DNA of 63,364 nt, filler included, from Circinaria calcarea (taxonomy: Eukaryota), in assembly GCA_051942165.1 (NCBI GenBank). It is 55 parts of 55 records of this genome, joined end to end, with 100 filler letters (N's around TTAATTAATTAA, not from the genome) between each part and the next. Parts side by side here need not be neighbours in the genome. Positions count along the whole stretch, not along the records: positions 1 to 1,069 come from JAVECS010005382.1; positions 1,170 to 2,236 come from JAVECS010005383.1; positions 2,337 to 3,402 come from JAVECS010005384.1; positions 3,503 to 4,568 come from JAVECS010005385.1; positions 4,669 to 5,734 come from JAVECS010005386.1; positions 5,835 to 6,898 come from JAVECS010005387.1; positions 6,999 to 8,062 come from JAVECS010005388.1; positions 8,163 to 9,225 come from JAVECS010005389.1; 47 more parts are not named here. One strand, written 5' to 3'. This document shows positions 1 through 12,127 of this stretch, in pieces (the stretch's first letter is position 1; every line of letters starts with the position of its first letter). The notes beneath the pieces were generated by a model that had not been told where the DNA came from, searched no databases, and saw only the letters and a list, made by a program, of their open reading frames with translations. The position numbers and the translations under genes were made by a program.

Positions 1-237
1 CGCATAAATTGTTTTGCCGAGAGAGTTAAAATACGGTGCATTCCTCCTTACTAGCGAGTTGCTATAGGCAACACCCAATAGGGAATAGCGTAGTAGTGGG
101 CGAGTACACATATCGCACACACAGCGTAGCTAGTTAGATAACCTTTAATGCCATAGTGGTTCCACCAACAGGTCGTGTAGTAGCACTCACCGTACTACAT
201 TTAACTGAGAGTAGCAATTGTTAATATGTAAGATATA

Positions 238-1069
238 TTAACGTGCCCAAGATTGAAGGTATTTCTCGACTGTATCATGATCGACATCACCAGTCGACGT
301 CAAGGTCGGGGATATTGTGCGCGTGTGTTTCGTTTCGAGAATCAAGGTCCCGCTAGACATTTGCAGGAAGTGGTTCCGGAAGAACTCCAGCAGTTCCCGC
401 GAGGCTTCCCCGCTCTCGGAGAATCTCGACATCCAGTCGTTGTACGGGAGCCGACTCGAAGATTGGAGCGACAGCTTGCGCTCAATGACGGTGCACATAT
501 CTTGCCACGACTGTCGTACTGGATTCTCAACGTGATACACGAGCTCTCGAGGTCCGGGTCCAAGCAAAATATCCATACACACACGAGCGGCACGATCCAC
601 CGGAATCCACGACAAGGACTGCGTGCATCATCATTAGCAAGATGGAACATTTACAAGACTGTGGCTACACGTACACCTTGCAAATTTGGGAGGGCTCCGA
701 TAGCCTGAGATGCTCGGACAAGTGTAGGGAAATGTTCCTTGGGGCTCCAGAAGCCAGTCGCCTTGGATCCGGACAGCTGACCGATTCTCACAATGCTCGA
801 TTCCACACTCCTCGAGTTACGGGATGCGCTCTCGATTATCTTTTCGCACACCCATTTGCCTTCGGCGTATCCGATAGGGAGAGGAACATGAGGATCATCG
901 AGGGGAGTTTCTGGAACAACTGCCGACTGCTGGTTCATGGTGTACCGGCCAACGACAGCAATCGATGAGGCTAAAACGATCCTTGGCTTGACAAAGGGTC
1001 TTGATTCACGCGCAAAACGTCCAAGCTCAACAAGATCCCGTACCGCCTTGATATGGGGTTCTAGAGACT
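238..1069 (-). CDS. C-terminal thioester reductase (NAD_binding_4) domain of an NRPS-like/PKS enzyme, 5' partial
   Basis: GYAEGKWVCEKII (YxxxK), IVRIGQLSG, LPNLQG|SLSWIPVD across GT..AG intron 619-674. Confidence 0.85.
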
Positions 1070-1169
1070 NNNNNNNNNNNNNNNNNNNNNNNNNNNNNNN
1101 NNNNNNNNNNNNNTTAATTAATTAANNNNNNNNNNNNNNNNNNNNNNNNNNNNNNNNNNNNNNNNNNNN
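1070..1169. other. Artificial contig spacer (N44-TTAATTAATTAA-N44), repeated about every 1.15 kb through the window
   Basis: Identical N-padded 12-mer with stops in all six frames; contig lengths decrease from ~1069 to ~1038 bp. Confidence 0.99.
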
Positions 1170-2101
1170 CCTACCGCCCCATCCTTTCCCTCCAAAACCT
1201 CCCCAAGAGAAACCACCTACCTACCTAACCCCGCTCCGCCTTTCCCAACACCTTCCCCAACACTCCCCACAAAACAAAAGACCCATGGCAAAATCGCGAA
1301 AACGGGAACGAGTGGGGTATCGGATCTCCCGTATCCTGTATCCTGTATACATATGCACAATACCTCTCCCCCCGGCGAAACGAAAAATACGTACGCAAAA
1401 GCCCCCCGTCCCTCGTTCTCCATTTCTCTTTCCCCTCCGCTTTCTTGCTTTCCCCTTTTATTTTCCCCTATCACGAACCCCAAATGGAAACGCTTTGTAT
1501 CCCCATTGTAGGTGAAAGATTATAGAAACTCCTTCGGGGGGTATTTGTGACAGCTGACACTGGTCTGGTGTTGGGTTAAAAAGGAAAAGGGGAGGGCGTT
1601 GTAAAGGGTACGATTGGGCCCCGGAGAAAAAAGAACGGGGTGTTGGTGAGGTGTGGGCTATCGTGCTCGTGCTCATGCTCGTGCTTGAAACGAAAGTGGG
1701 TTGGTTCCCGAATGCAACGTGGCGATGGAAAGTGAAGGGATGAAATCTGCTCAGGTCATGGCCGTCACCGGGGACAATAAATGGTCCCCACTCGAGACAG
1801 GGGCGCCGTTTCTGATACATGTGGTGGGAAATCAGGATAGCGAGAGTTGGACGGATGGGTTTGCCTCCATGTTGAGCATGGGCGGATAGCAGTCGATTGG
1901 CGAGATCTATCGCGGACGCTAGGTCAAGGAGAATAAGGGAGACAAGAGGGGATTTGGAGTCAAGTATCGAATCGAAAGGGTACTGTCAGGAGCTGTGGAT
2001 CGTAATGTTATTGCGAGAACAGAAACTGTACGTTGAACCGTGATGCTTTTGAAACTGCCAATATCTCGTCTCATGTCATTAAAATATCGAACCTGAATCC
2101 A

Positions 2102-2236
2102 TCACTCATATTCATCTTGCTGGACCTGCCACGCCATAATCATCATCCAGAGGAAAAACACCGTGCCCACCACCTCAAACGAAAACGCCGCCTGCCAACT
2201 CTGACAAATACTTCTTTGCTCCAGGAATGCCAGCAC
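2102..2236 (-). CDS. C-terminal fragment of a probable fungal membrane protein
   Basis: Manual translation ICQSWQAAFSFEVVGTVFFLWMMIMAWQVQQDEYE*, hydrophobic helix before the stop. Confidence 0.5.
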   Translation of the reverse strand: MLAFLEQRSICQSWQAAFSFEVVGTVFFLWMMIMAWQVQQDEYE

Positions 2237-2608
2237 NNNNNNNNNNNNNNNNNNNNNNNNNNNNNNNNNNNNNNNNNNNNTTAATTAATTAANNNNNNNN
2301 NNNNNNNNNNNNNNNNNNNNNNNNNNNNNNNNNNNNATATATAATAAATTTAATAATTTAATATATTAAAAGTTATTATATTTTGTTACGTTTTTAAGTT
2401 TCTTAAGCAAAGGCAATACTAGTTACTGATATAAGGCAGGGGTTTTATAATATGCGCACGGGTTCTATACCAATCACTTAATAAGTAAGTAGTGACAATA
2501 AAAGTATATTGTTACACTTGTAAGGTCTTGACCACACAGGTCAAATACTACGGAAAGGACTGAGACTATATAGATCTTTCTGAGGTTACACGAACCTTCC
2601 CAAAGGGG

Positions 2609-2686
2609 GTGGACGTCGTGGACGTCGTGGACGTCGTGGACGTAACGACGTCCAGCACGTCCAGTACGTCCAGTACGTCCAGTACC
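2609..2686. repeat. Short 9-bp tandem units GTGGACGTC then CGTCCAGTA, forming an imperfect inverted pair
   Basis: Read directly from sequence. Confidence 0.8.
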
Positions 2687-2879
2687 CACAATACGCCTAG
2701 CCCGCGTACTGCTCAGACCTCTTGGCACAGCCCTGCGAGGTGCGCCATTACATGACTCTATAGCTTGCTTATTTAGAAACGGAATAACAAATATTTAAAT
2801 AAAGGGTTTATTGAACCTCCGGGAGCATTTTGCATGCAATGTGCAGATGTATAGAATTTCTACACGGAAAATCACTCCT

Positions 2880-3019
2880 TCTGCCATATTTTAATAATTT
2901 GTTATTCCAGAACGGTTTCGTGCCTCGAAGCGTGGCTGTATAACAAATAATTCGATCCACCAGATGGGTTTTATTATTATCGTTTAGTAGCTCTTTCAGC
3001 TCTTCGATAGTCATATTGT
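2880..3019 (-). mobile_element. Helitron Rep (Helitron_like_N) relic
   Basis: MTIEELKELL..LVDRIICYTATLRGTKPFW resembles the LRGTxPYW motif of fungal Helitron N-domains; AT-rich flanks. Confidence 0.6.
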
Positions 3020-3402
3020 TAGTGTTCTCAATACCCCACCCTACTTACCCCGGGGTGGGGTGGGGTGAGTGCTACCCTACCCTACCCCGGGCTAAAAAAT
3101 AGGGTACCCCAAAGGCTTTTTGCCTCGCTTAGCTCGCTTAGCTCGCTTAATAGGATTTCTTGACAGCGGAGCTCGGATTAACTTCTTCCGATAAAGCTTT
3201 AATCGGAGCTGTAACGGCCCGAGAAAGCCGAGCCGAAGCCGAGCTCGCTTATATATTTACCACTGTCCAGCCTTACCGGGACTTATTTATCCGAGATCCG
3301 TCATGTAGCAGCCCTATATCACACGTGATACAGCCCTATTAATGCACGTGACGCACCCCGGGGTATCCGGGGTACCCCGGGTGCACCCCCCCCACTCCAG
3401 AG
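3020..3402. mobile_element. Terminus and subterminal repeats of a putative hAT-like DNA transposon
   Basis: Starts TAGTGTTCTCAATACCCCACCC, matching 32380; many CCCCGGGG/ACCCC motifs follow. Confidence 0.6.
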
Positions 3403-3502
3403 NNNNNNNNNNNNNNNNNNNNNNNNNNNNNNNNNNNNNNNNNNNNTTAATTAATTAANNNNNNNNNNNNNNNNNNNNNNNNNNNNNNNNNNNNNNNNNN
3501 NN

Positions 3503-4259
3503 CAGATATACTTCCCAGGTTCCCTTGGCTTTTAAGATCAAAGAGTAAACCTGGTCTACTACACGCACGTATGGCACCACGACGTTGTTCACCAAGCCCA
3601 TCTTGCCTAGCTCCTTCACTAATGTCCCATATGCACACACTACCATCCTCTAAAGGGGAAACAACTCTGCTGCCACTGCTGTTGTTGTGATACCCTAAGC
3701 CCTTGATATCGCAAGTGCCTTTGCTATTGCTTAGCTTTCTTGAAGGCTGTTGAAGCCAACTCAAGGAAAGGGGTGCCTGCCTAGCAATGTACTCTCCGTA
3801 CCAGTCTATATGTTCCGTTGGATATGAAGGATCCCAATTTGTCAACGCTCGTAGCCGTCCTGATCTTGGCTTTCCGGGACCTGGAGCCACTTGAGGCTCA
3901 TCGGGGCGAGTGTCTGAGACTGGCGCATCTACGTTACCAGCAGGAATGGGTGCTGCTCTTATTCGCCTTGTAATCCGCTCACTTTCGAGGAATGCTCTCG
4001 GGTCGGAGCAGGCATCACTGAGAAGATGAAAAGTCGCAAAGTATGAATTGTCGAAGCACGAGTTTCTCCATAATTTATTGTCCCGACCGATCTCATGAAA
4101 GAATTTAGATGTCAAGAGGAGCGGGAGGATGTTGCGTGGTTCAAGGACTAAAAGTATGTTCAGGTAAGCTGAAAACGGCTATACTTTGATTATCTACTTA
4201 CATGATATAACATGGAGAAGCACTTCCGTTGGAAGCTGCTCCAGCCTAAATAGTGTCAT
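3503..4259 (-). CDS. F-box domain protein, 3' partial
   Basis: MTLFRLEQLPTEVLLHVIS|intron|..LEPRNILPLLLTSKFFHEIGRDNKLWR; WD-like VVSPLEDGSVCIWD. Confidence 0.8.
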
Positions 4260-4526
4260 TTGGACATGTAGATAAATACATTCGTTGGAAGCTACAGGTG
4301 TTCCATGAGGCGCAAATACGGACACGAGGCAGCAGTTAATGTTAATACTACCGATAAGCAACGTCACATGATCTTATCGGAAACCCGCATATTTACCTCG
4401 GCTGTTGCTCAAAGAGGGAATTGGGGTAGCAGGCCAGTTGCACTGTTATAAGTTCTGTCTAAATAGACAATGGCGACGTTAACATAGCTCATCAAACACA
4501 ATCATCCATTTAGTTCTGCACTCAAC

Positions 4527-4559
4527 ATGCGAGCCATCCAAGTCAAAGAGTACGTCTCG
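4527..4559 (+). CDS. First exon of a zeta-crystallin/quinone oxidoreductase-like gene, divergent from the F-box gene
   Basis: MRAIQVKEYVS followed by GTATGC donor. Confidence 0.55.
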
Positions 4560-4668
4560 GTATGCACANNNNNNNNNNNNNNNNNNNNNNNNNNNNNNNN
4601 NNNNNNNNNNNNTTAATTAATTAANNNNNNNNNNNNNNNNNNNNNNNNNNNNNNNNNNNNNNNNNNNN

Positions 4669-5734
4669 CTTTATCTATTGGCTCCGCGGTCAGCGTATGT
4701 GTTTCAAATGAGAGCACATTTAGACAAGCAAAGGCAATCTCTGTATGAATTTGAGATATCCTCGATTCCCAAAATACCTCCAAAAATTCGAAGAGAGTAT
4801 AGTGTGCTAAACGAATGATGTTTTCCGCAGCATCAATAGTGACCAGACCACCGCAGGCAGAGACGAGAATCTCCGCATCTACAACGTTCTCTGCATCAAA
4901 AAACGTATCGCCAAGCCCGATAGATAGTGCCTCTTGCAGTGCTCGTAGTGTGAGTCTGCTTTGAGCACATAAAAGCCAGGATAGGACCGGTACTCCAAGT
5001 TCGGATGTTGATGAAGGTTGAGCTAATATTCTTGCGATGGCATCACTGTAAATGTGATGAACTGTATATGCAGATGACTTGGCAAGGATCTTGCGTATTT
5101 GTTTGATTGATGGCGCTTTCAAAAACTCCTCCAATTGAAGGTTGGCCAAAAGACACCTGTATGATCTATTAACAGTAGTATAAAACAGCCCCGTAACCAG
5201 AACTAACATTCCACAAGCCTTTTTAAGGATATTGGCAATTATCTCTTCAATTAAGTCGGGATTTTCCTTAAGATGTCGACTCCACCGAGGTTCCGATTGA
5301 AGGCGCTTTAGCAAATAGCGTCTGATATCTTCGTCTTCGTCTTGAGCACGGACTTCGATATGCATAGCGTTTTGAAGAAACCGTTCTATATAAACAATTG
5401 GCCGGGACGTGACTAGAGTATTCGCCGTGCCTGATATCAAACGGATATACTTCAAAACCTCAGCAATATCGTGGTTATTAGAGGAGTATTCATCCAAAGC
5501 ATCAATAATTATATAGACCCTTTCGAAGGTTTGAGCTTCTGATATAATCAAGTCCAAGTACTCTTGTGCCACCGGACGCGTGCGGTATTTATTGTGTGTA
5601 TTATAGAGTGTTAGTAAACCATCGCTCACGGAGCCACGGCTCTCCGAAAGTTGCTTAAGTATACTTCCCAAAACATGCTCCGCAGTTTGAATTTGGTGAT
5701 TTCTGTAATCGAGATACAGATATGCTACCGCAAC
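4669..5734 (-). CDS. Fungal NACHT (NLR-like) protein, NACHT plus winged-helix region, partial
   Basis: Walker B VYIIIDALDE, LVTSRP, SACGGLVTID..IIRLAHYTLFEFL; probable in-frame intron near 5157-5210. Confidence 0.88.
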
Positions 5735-5834
5735 NNNNNNNNNNNNNNNNNNNNNNNNNNNNNNNNNNNNNNNNNNNNTTAATTAATTAANNNNNNNNNN
5801 NNNNNNNNNNNNNNNNNNNNNNNNNNNNNNNNNN

Positions 5835-6262
5835 AGTTGGGCGCAGTACCATCCTAGATAACCACTGCTGTCATGTGACCCAGCTGCCGCTTCACTAACC
5901 CTAGCACCAGCACTGTAAAGGCTGAATCCAAGACTGCGGAGGACTGTGCCAAAGAAGCAGTTGTTCTCCATGCAATATCCACCGCGACGTCTAGTTACAA
6001 TCTTCTCATAGAGAAACCGAGGATCCAGATCAATTGTGTGTGTAGGGGAGTAGTGAATGGATAGATTCTCAAACGGAACGGCTGCAAGCTGGTGCTTTTG
6101 AAGGGCGGTGAGAAATTCCAAGTCCCGCTGTGCATTGTTGTTTTTCCCAACCTCATAGGATAGATCTCTGTATCTGGCCGGGAGAGATATCCGCTCAAAA
6201 TATGACTCTAGCTGCGAACTGGTATATGTGTGACTCCCTTTCGTAGCCATCTTGAAGACCAT
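5835..6262 (-). CDS. Arylamine N-acetyltransferase, N-terminal part
   Basis: VPFENLSIHY and RRRGGYCMENN catalytic Cys motif. Confidence 0.93.
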
Positions 6263-6479
6263 ATGACAGACTTTTGAGTCATGTCTGTTAAGCGCACAAA
6301 ATCACTTCGGAAAAGTTTCTCACTTGTTAATAGATAAGCATGACATATCTATGGCAACGTCTGAATTATTGCCAGAAAAAAAGTTTCTTACAGCTAAATA
6401 TCTTACGAATATCAAGGTATTGGGATCTTTCTTCTAAGGGAGGGATCCTTTACTTTTCCTGCCATACCTTAGAGGCGCT

Positions 6480-6898
6480 TCTTAATAATTTTATACGGTT
6501 TATATACGGTAAAAAGTATATATTACCGATATTTACAGCCGATTTTTGGATGAAAATTAAGAATTAAAACTATATATAAATATTACGATTTAAAAAATAT
6601 TTTCGGTTTATAAAATTTTTCGTAAATATTATTTACGGTTTTAAAATACATCCGGTTTATAAATAGTTTATAAATAGTTAAGAAACCGTTTATATATTTC
6701 GAATAAATAATTATTTTTTATTAAAAATATTAAAAAAATATATTTTTTATTTTTTTCACCCGACGCCCACCCACGAATTTTTCAGCCGATTACGGGCTTA
6801 TAAAAATATATATTAAACCTTTACCACTTACGCCAAATAATTTTTAATATAATAAATATATTTTAATTTTATATTTAAGTTACAATTTAATATATTAT
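6480..6898. mobile_element. AT-rich, RIP-like degenerate repeat DNA
   Basis: Strong TpA excess, no credible ORF. Confidence 0.55.
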
Positions 6899-6998
6899 NN
6901 NNNNNNNNNNNNNNNNNNNNNNNNNNNNNNNNNNNNNNNNNNTTAATTAATTAANNNNNNNNNNNNNNNNNNNNNNNNNNNNNNNNNNNNNNNNNNNN

Positions 6999-7115
6999 CC
7001 TGCGCAATCCATTTTTCAAGCCCTCGCGATCCAATTGACCCTCCTTGCCGGAGTCCAACTTTCTCCAAAGCTCCTCCACTCTTGCATCTTGCTGTTTCTG
7101 CGGTTCCCCGTCCAT
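6999..7115 (-). CDS. SAL1: Calcium-binding mitochondrial carrier (Sal1-like), N-terminal EF-hand fragment
   Basis: Manual translation MDGEPQKQQDARVEELWRKLDSGKEGQLDREGLKNGLRR; not in the ORF track. Confidence 0.75.
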
Positions 7116-7629
7116 CACAAGCAACAGAGCATTATCACCCTCTCTTAGCTACCGCATGACTGGCGGTCCGGTGGCACACCATATAGTACTGCAAAATTAG
7201 AATCTAGAAAATGTAGTCAAAATGACACTGTCGAAAGCTGATCTGTTACTGGCAGTTATCGGACAGTGCAATGGCCTGATTCGCTAACAGATGCGCTCTG
7301 AGCTTCGGCCCGGTATCATATTTACCCGTGTAATATTCTAGGATCCTTTTAAGACCGAAAACGACAGCGGCTTCTATATCAAAATTCTCTCTGCCTTATT
7401 CATCTATGCACATCTCAAATGATTCTTCAAAGTGAACTTAAACATGCTCATACAACACTGGAGTGTTACTGAATCTCCTTGCGAACTCTATTTGTGAATC
7501 CATGGAAGGCTTAATTTGATCATGCAGAGTAACGAACCTAAGTTTACTAGGATATATAATGTTCGATGAATAGATCTCTTTCCTGTACATATACTTCCTT
7601 CGAGGACTTTGGTTAGATATACTTATACC

Positions 7630-8062
7630 ATGGCTGCCAATTACTGGTCATCCACTCAGCGCCTCCACTGGCAATTTACAAAGGAGACCCTCTCTAATGT
7701 CAGACAATCCTTGGAGGATGGAGATCCAGCTTTAGTACAGCAATACAGCTTACCAGACAGGCGGCTCCTGAGCAAATACTTTAATGACCGTATGTTATGG
7801 TTGCAACATCCCCTAGGGGAGAGTATGATCTGACACTATTAGAATTGCTCAAATTGGGAAAACGTATGTCCGTCGTCCGACAACAGGCTCTCGCCACAGC
7901 ACAGATCTATATCCGGCGGTTCTATACAAAGGTTGAGATACGTCGGACGAATCCTTACCTCGTCCTCGCCACAGCGTTGTACCTCGCTTGCAAGATGGAA
8001 GAATGCCCGCAACATATAAGAGTTGTTGTCACTGAGGCAAGAAACCTATGGCCAGGTACGCC
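7630..8062 (+). CDS. SSN8: Mediator cyclin C (Ssn8/Srb11), 3' partial, spliced
   Basis: [47 protein letters not shown]. Confidence 0.95.
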
Positions 8063-8162
8063 NNNNNNNNNNNNNNNNNNNNNNNNNNNNNNNNNNNNNN
8101 NNNNNNTTAATTAATTAANNNNNNNNNNNNNNNNNNNNNNNNNNNNNNNNNNNNNNNNNNNN

Positions 8163-9225
8163 GTCTGGGCACAACGCGGCTGAGGCGCTTGGGGTGGGCA
8201 CTGACGAGGTTGTCGTGATGGCAGAATAGATCGGGGTCTTCGCCGGAGTCGTAGAGCTTGGAGCGCTCGAAGCATTTGCGGCTTGCAATTGATACACTCT
8301 AACTGAATTGACGCTCCAGTATCTAACAAGCTACGTCAGCAGATTGTGAAGCTGATCCAGAGTTGAGACCCCACTTACGCATCTTTGAAAGCGCTCGGAA
8401 CACTTCCAACAAATGCATTGCATGTGCTATAACCCGTTGCAGCAGCACAAGAGGTGGAATCACTTGTATTCCACACAGACGGAACCCCGGCATATACACC
8501 ACAGAATGTGGTGTCAAAGATAATGGAATGATTTACGAAATGCTCATCAATGTTGCACGAACCTTGAAAATAAGCAGCAGGAAGACCCCATCCAGAGGGG
8601 TCGGGAGCTTTATTGTCCAAATCTGACGGTACTGAGCCTCTGGGGAAAAACCAGACTTTGATGAAGTCAGATGTCCACTGCATTGCGTAGACTCCGCCAC
8701 CAATCGCATTGAAACCGGCACCATAGCTTGTAGTTCGGGGGTCTAGAACTCCACAACCTACTGTGTTGCCGTTTCCCGGGTAGACCGCGCAATTGGGTGC
8801 TTGCAGGACTCCTGTCTGAGTTCGGCTATCCCCTGCGACGGTGCAATTCGGACTTGTGTGTAAGGTCATGCCGTTCTGCGTATGTAGATTGACACCTTCC
8901 ATGATGTCAATTTCACCATTGTAAGGCCAATTAGGACCCAATGTCCACCACGCAGGCCACGTTCCACATATTCCAGCTGGCGCGTGCGCGAAGTCTCCGA
9001 TAAACAGGCCATGTGTCCATTTCTTGTCGGTCGAGATACGAACACTCGGTCGTCCACCAGCAGTGTATTTATAAGTATAATCCACTCCCATATATGCAGG
9101 AGCGTTAGTGCTGGCATTGATCATACCGTAGTTCGCCGCAGTCTTCTGGCTGACGTATCTGTTGTGGGAGTTAGCATACCCGAGTCGTGAAAGGCTTTGA
9201 CTGCTCTACGTGACGAATCCTTGCG
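8163..9225 (-). CDS. GH16 endo-1,3(4)-beta-glucanase (Lam16A-like) with Ser/Thr-rich tail, partial
   Basis: GTWPAWW..GEIDIMEGVN catalytic ExDxxE motif; IIFDTTFCG; intron after AFKDA. Confidence 0.93.
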
Positions 9226-9325
9226 NNNNNNNNNNNNNNNNNNNNNNNNNNNNNNNNNNNNNNNNNNNNTTAATTAATTAANNNNNNNNNNNNNNNNNNN
9301 NNNNNNNNNNNNNNNNNNNNNNNNN

Positions 9326-9370
9326 TGTAGGCACGGTAGTAGGGCTCCTCCTCCTACTACCGTGCCTACA
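9326..9370. repeat. 18-bp perfect inverted repeat at contig start
   Basis: TGTAGGCACGGTAGTAGG..CCTACTACCGTGCCTACA. Confidence 0.85.
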
Positions 9371-9677
9371 TGCCTTACTCCACGCAAAAGCTCGGGGGAA
9401 AAAAAAAGAAAAAAAAATCCCCCCGTCTTTGATGATAATCTTTTATAATTATAATTAATAATATACCTGGCCCGCTATAATATAACCCCCCCGGGCGTAA
9501 AAGCCCGGGGGGTGGGAGCGGTTGTCCTAATAGGTAGCCCAAAAAAAAAAATATAGGGATTGTTCTCAATTTATGGTAATCAGATATGGTAGTGGTGGTG
9601 GTTTTTCTGTATTGGTAATCGAGACTGGGAATTTTCCCTTATATTCTTTTTTTTGATTTTGATTTTGGTGAGGAAGG

Positions 9678-9914
9678 TGTAAAAGCCTCTACCTGAGAAC
9701 CCCTACGAACCCTACGGGTAAACTATATACCATATACCGAGGTCACGAGGTGTTGGCTTACCATACCGAGGAAGGTTTTCTCGCAAAGCCGTTAGACCAG
9801 AACTTCTTTAGCAAATAATTCATACGCTATGCGGAACCGATTGAGCACGTTATCACACCAATTCACCGATCCTTATTCGTAAGATCGTTATACTATTCGT
9901 AAAGGATCCTTACA
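9678..9914 (+). mobile_element. LTR family A copy, possibly a 3' LTR preceded by a polypurine tract
   Basis: TGTAA..TTACA ends; reverse complement of 37947-38166 and 46645-46864; GAGGAAGG immediately upstream; no TSD. Confidence 0.8.
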
Positions 9915-10252
9915 TAATTTTAACCCCCAAAAGTATGAAATATGCAAATTTTTGACCCCCACCCCTAGATTTCAGGCGGTTACCCCCGAAAGAACACACT
10001 ACTATTAGGAGGGTATTAGCCTAAGAACCCGGCCCGAGGTTAATATAATAGGCTAAGCTCACTGTCGCGGTTTTCAGCGAGTCGCTGTCGCACTGTGTCG
10101 CTCTCGCATTTATATCGCAATGCCAGTGTGTCGCAATGCCAGTGTATTATAATGCTAGTGTATCGCAATGCCATTATAGCGCAATGCCACTATCGTAATG
10201 TTATTATCGCAATGCCACTGGCGAAAGTGACCTCTGCGATAATAGGTCTTTA

Positions 10253-10388
10253 CGACAGTGACCTCTGCGACAGTGACCTCTGCGACAGTGACCTCTGCGA
10301 CAGTGACCTCTGCGACAGTGACCTCTGCGACAGTGACCTCTGCGACAGTGACCTCTGCGACAGTGACCTCTGCGACAGTGACCTCTGC
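10253..10388. repeat. 15-bp minisatellite (GACAGTGACCTCTGC)x9, running into the contig end
   Basis: Perfect tandem copies without spacers. Confidence 0.95.
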
Positions 10389-11266
10389 NNNNNNNNNNNN
10401 NNNNNNNNNNNNNNNNNNNNNNNNNNNNNNNNTTAATTAATTAANNNNNNNNNNNNNNNNNNNNNNNNNNNNNNNNNNNNNNNNNNNNGTTGAATGCAAA
10501 GCTTCCTTCATTGGCAAGGCCTGCGACGTCATTGTGGTGGTATCCCTTTGCGTCAACCAGCCACGCGACCAAACATCTGTGGTGAAAACATGCCCGCATT
10601 TTCGGTACGAACTCGTGATTAAGCACTGGATATGCTCTCTCCGTCATCGACTCGGGTCTGAATGGCGAAGGTGTAAGATGACTCTGCCCGAGTTGCCTCA
10701 TTTTCATGGACGAATTGTAAGCTTGATTGAGACTGGTTCATGCCTTGGTGGAGGCACAAGCGCAATCAGGAGATCAATATTCGGGAGGAATCAAACGTAG
10801 CTCGAAGTAGTCAGCGAAGCTATTAATGATCTTCTACTTACTATTAAGCGGCCACCAACGACAAACCAATAATTCGCTAATTGCCCGCCAACTACCTACC
10901 AACTACCAACCAACTACCTACTAACTACCTATCAACTACCTACCAACTACCTACCAACTATCTATCAAGCACCTGCCACGGTAAACTTGCTGTGATGTGT
11001 TTCGGTTGAGGTACGGCATTGGTGACGTGGCATGAACCGGCTTTCTGAAAGTGTTTCCGATTTATTGCATGCGTGATGTGACAATTATTCGCGCGACTCG
11101 AGATTGGATATAAAAACAGTGTCCATGACCTTAGCAAACGATAAGATTTCTGAAACTTTTAGGTCAACAAGCCCAAAACAAACGTAACAGATCCTCTATA
11201 TAATTTTTGACAAGGTAAGCTCGCTTTCACTTGCCAATTACGGGCTTTAAGATGATGGATATTTAG

Positions 11267-11488
11267 ATGTGCGACGACAAATTTTACTCCTTCGCTGGTT
11301 GCGGGTGTCAAAGGGCCATAGAAATCATACATTGTCCAGCTTCGATTGCCCGAGGTTACGAAGCATGTGCTCAGGCACAGCGCGGCCGATCTTTTGACGT
11401 CAACGATCCAGCTAAGCCGGGCAGATGCCCTGTCTGCACTGGTTCTTCACCAGCCTCCTCAAATTACTGTGGTACAGGGGGTAAATAA
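11267..11488 (+). CDS. Small Cys-rich hypothetical protein (73 aa)
   Basis: MC..CGC..C..C..CPVC pattern; TATA-like motifs upstream; 3' end overlaps a palindrome. Confidence 0.55.
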   Translation: MCDDKFYSFAGCGCQRAIEIIHCPASIARGYEACAQAQRGRSFDVNDPAKPGRCPVCTGSSPASSNYCGTGGK

Positions 11489-11550
11489 CGTCCCTAGATT
11501 CACTGCGCTAAAGTGAATCTAGGGACGTTATTTACCCCCTGTACCACAGT
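11466..11550. repeat. 85-bp perfect hairpin (39-bp arms, 7-nt loop), possible mini-MITE
   Basis: ACTGTGGTACAGGGGG..CCCCCTGTACCACAGT. Confidence 0.85.
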
Positions 11551-11991
11551 NNNNNNNNNNNNNNNNNNNNNNNNNNNNNNNNNNNNNNNNNNNNTTAATT
11601 AATTAANNNNNNNNNNNNNNNNNNNNNNNNNNNNNNNNNNNNNNNNNNNNGTATTACATTGCAAATATCTATAATAATACTACGCGCCACTATATAACAT
11701 GACGACGATTATTACCTAATCCGGGGGGTGTACAACTATGATTTTTGGGGTGTACGTGTAGGTTAAAGGGGTGTACATGTAATGGAAGCCGAAAACTCGG
11801 GAGATGCGTAAACACAAATAGTATTGACTAGTAAATTACTATGGTACGGCTATCCTAGCTAGCGCCTTCGCCAAACCCTTGCGGAGACGGCCCAAAAAAA
11901 AAAAAAAGAAAAGAAACAAGATAGGAACCCTGAAAAAGCGCCTACACTTTCGCCCCCAGGTGAAGAACAGATACTTGGTATCTATTTCGTA

Positions 11992-12127
11992 CAGAAGGTG
12001 GACAGCTCGGGCTAGAATACGCCAGGGTGGTATTCTACTGCACGGACGTTTTTTGTGTGGGAAAACAGGGATCAGGGTCAGTATTTATTATAATACAGCT
12101 ATTCTAGCCCGAGCTGTCGCCCCTCTG
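11992..12127. mobile_element. 136-bp Tc1/mariner-type MITE
   Basis: 28-bp TIRs (25/28 match) flanked by TA on both sides. Confidence 0.85.

Noticed and set aside
10095..10440. DSDLC and VTSAT repeat ORFs, or a CRISPR array
   Set aside because: Translation of a perfect 15-bp minisatellite with no spacers
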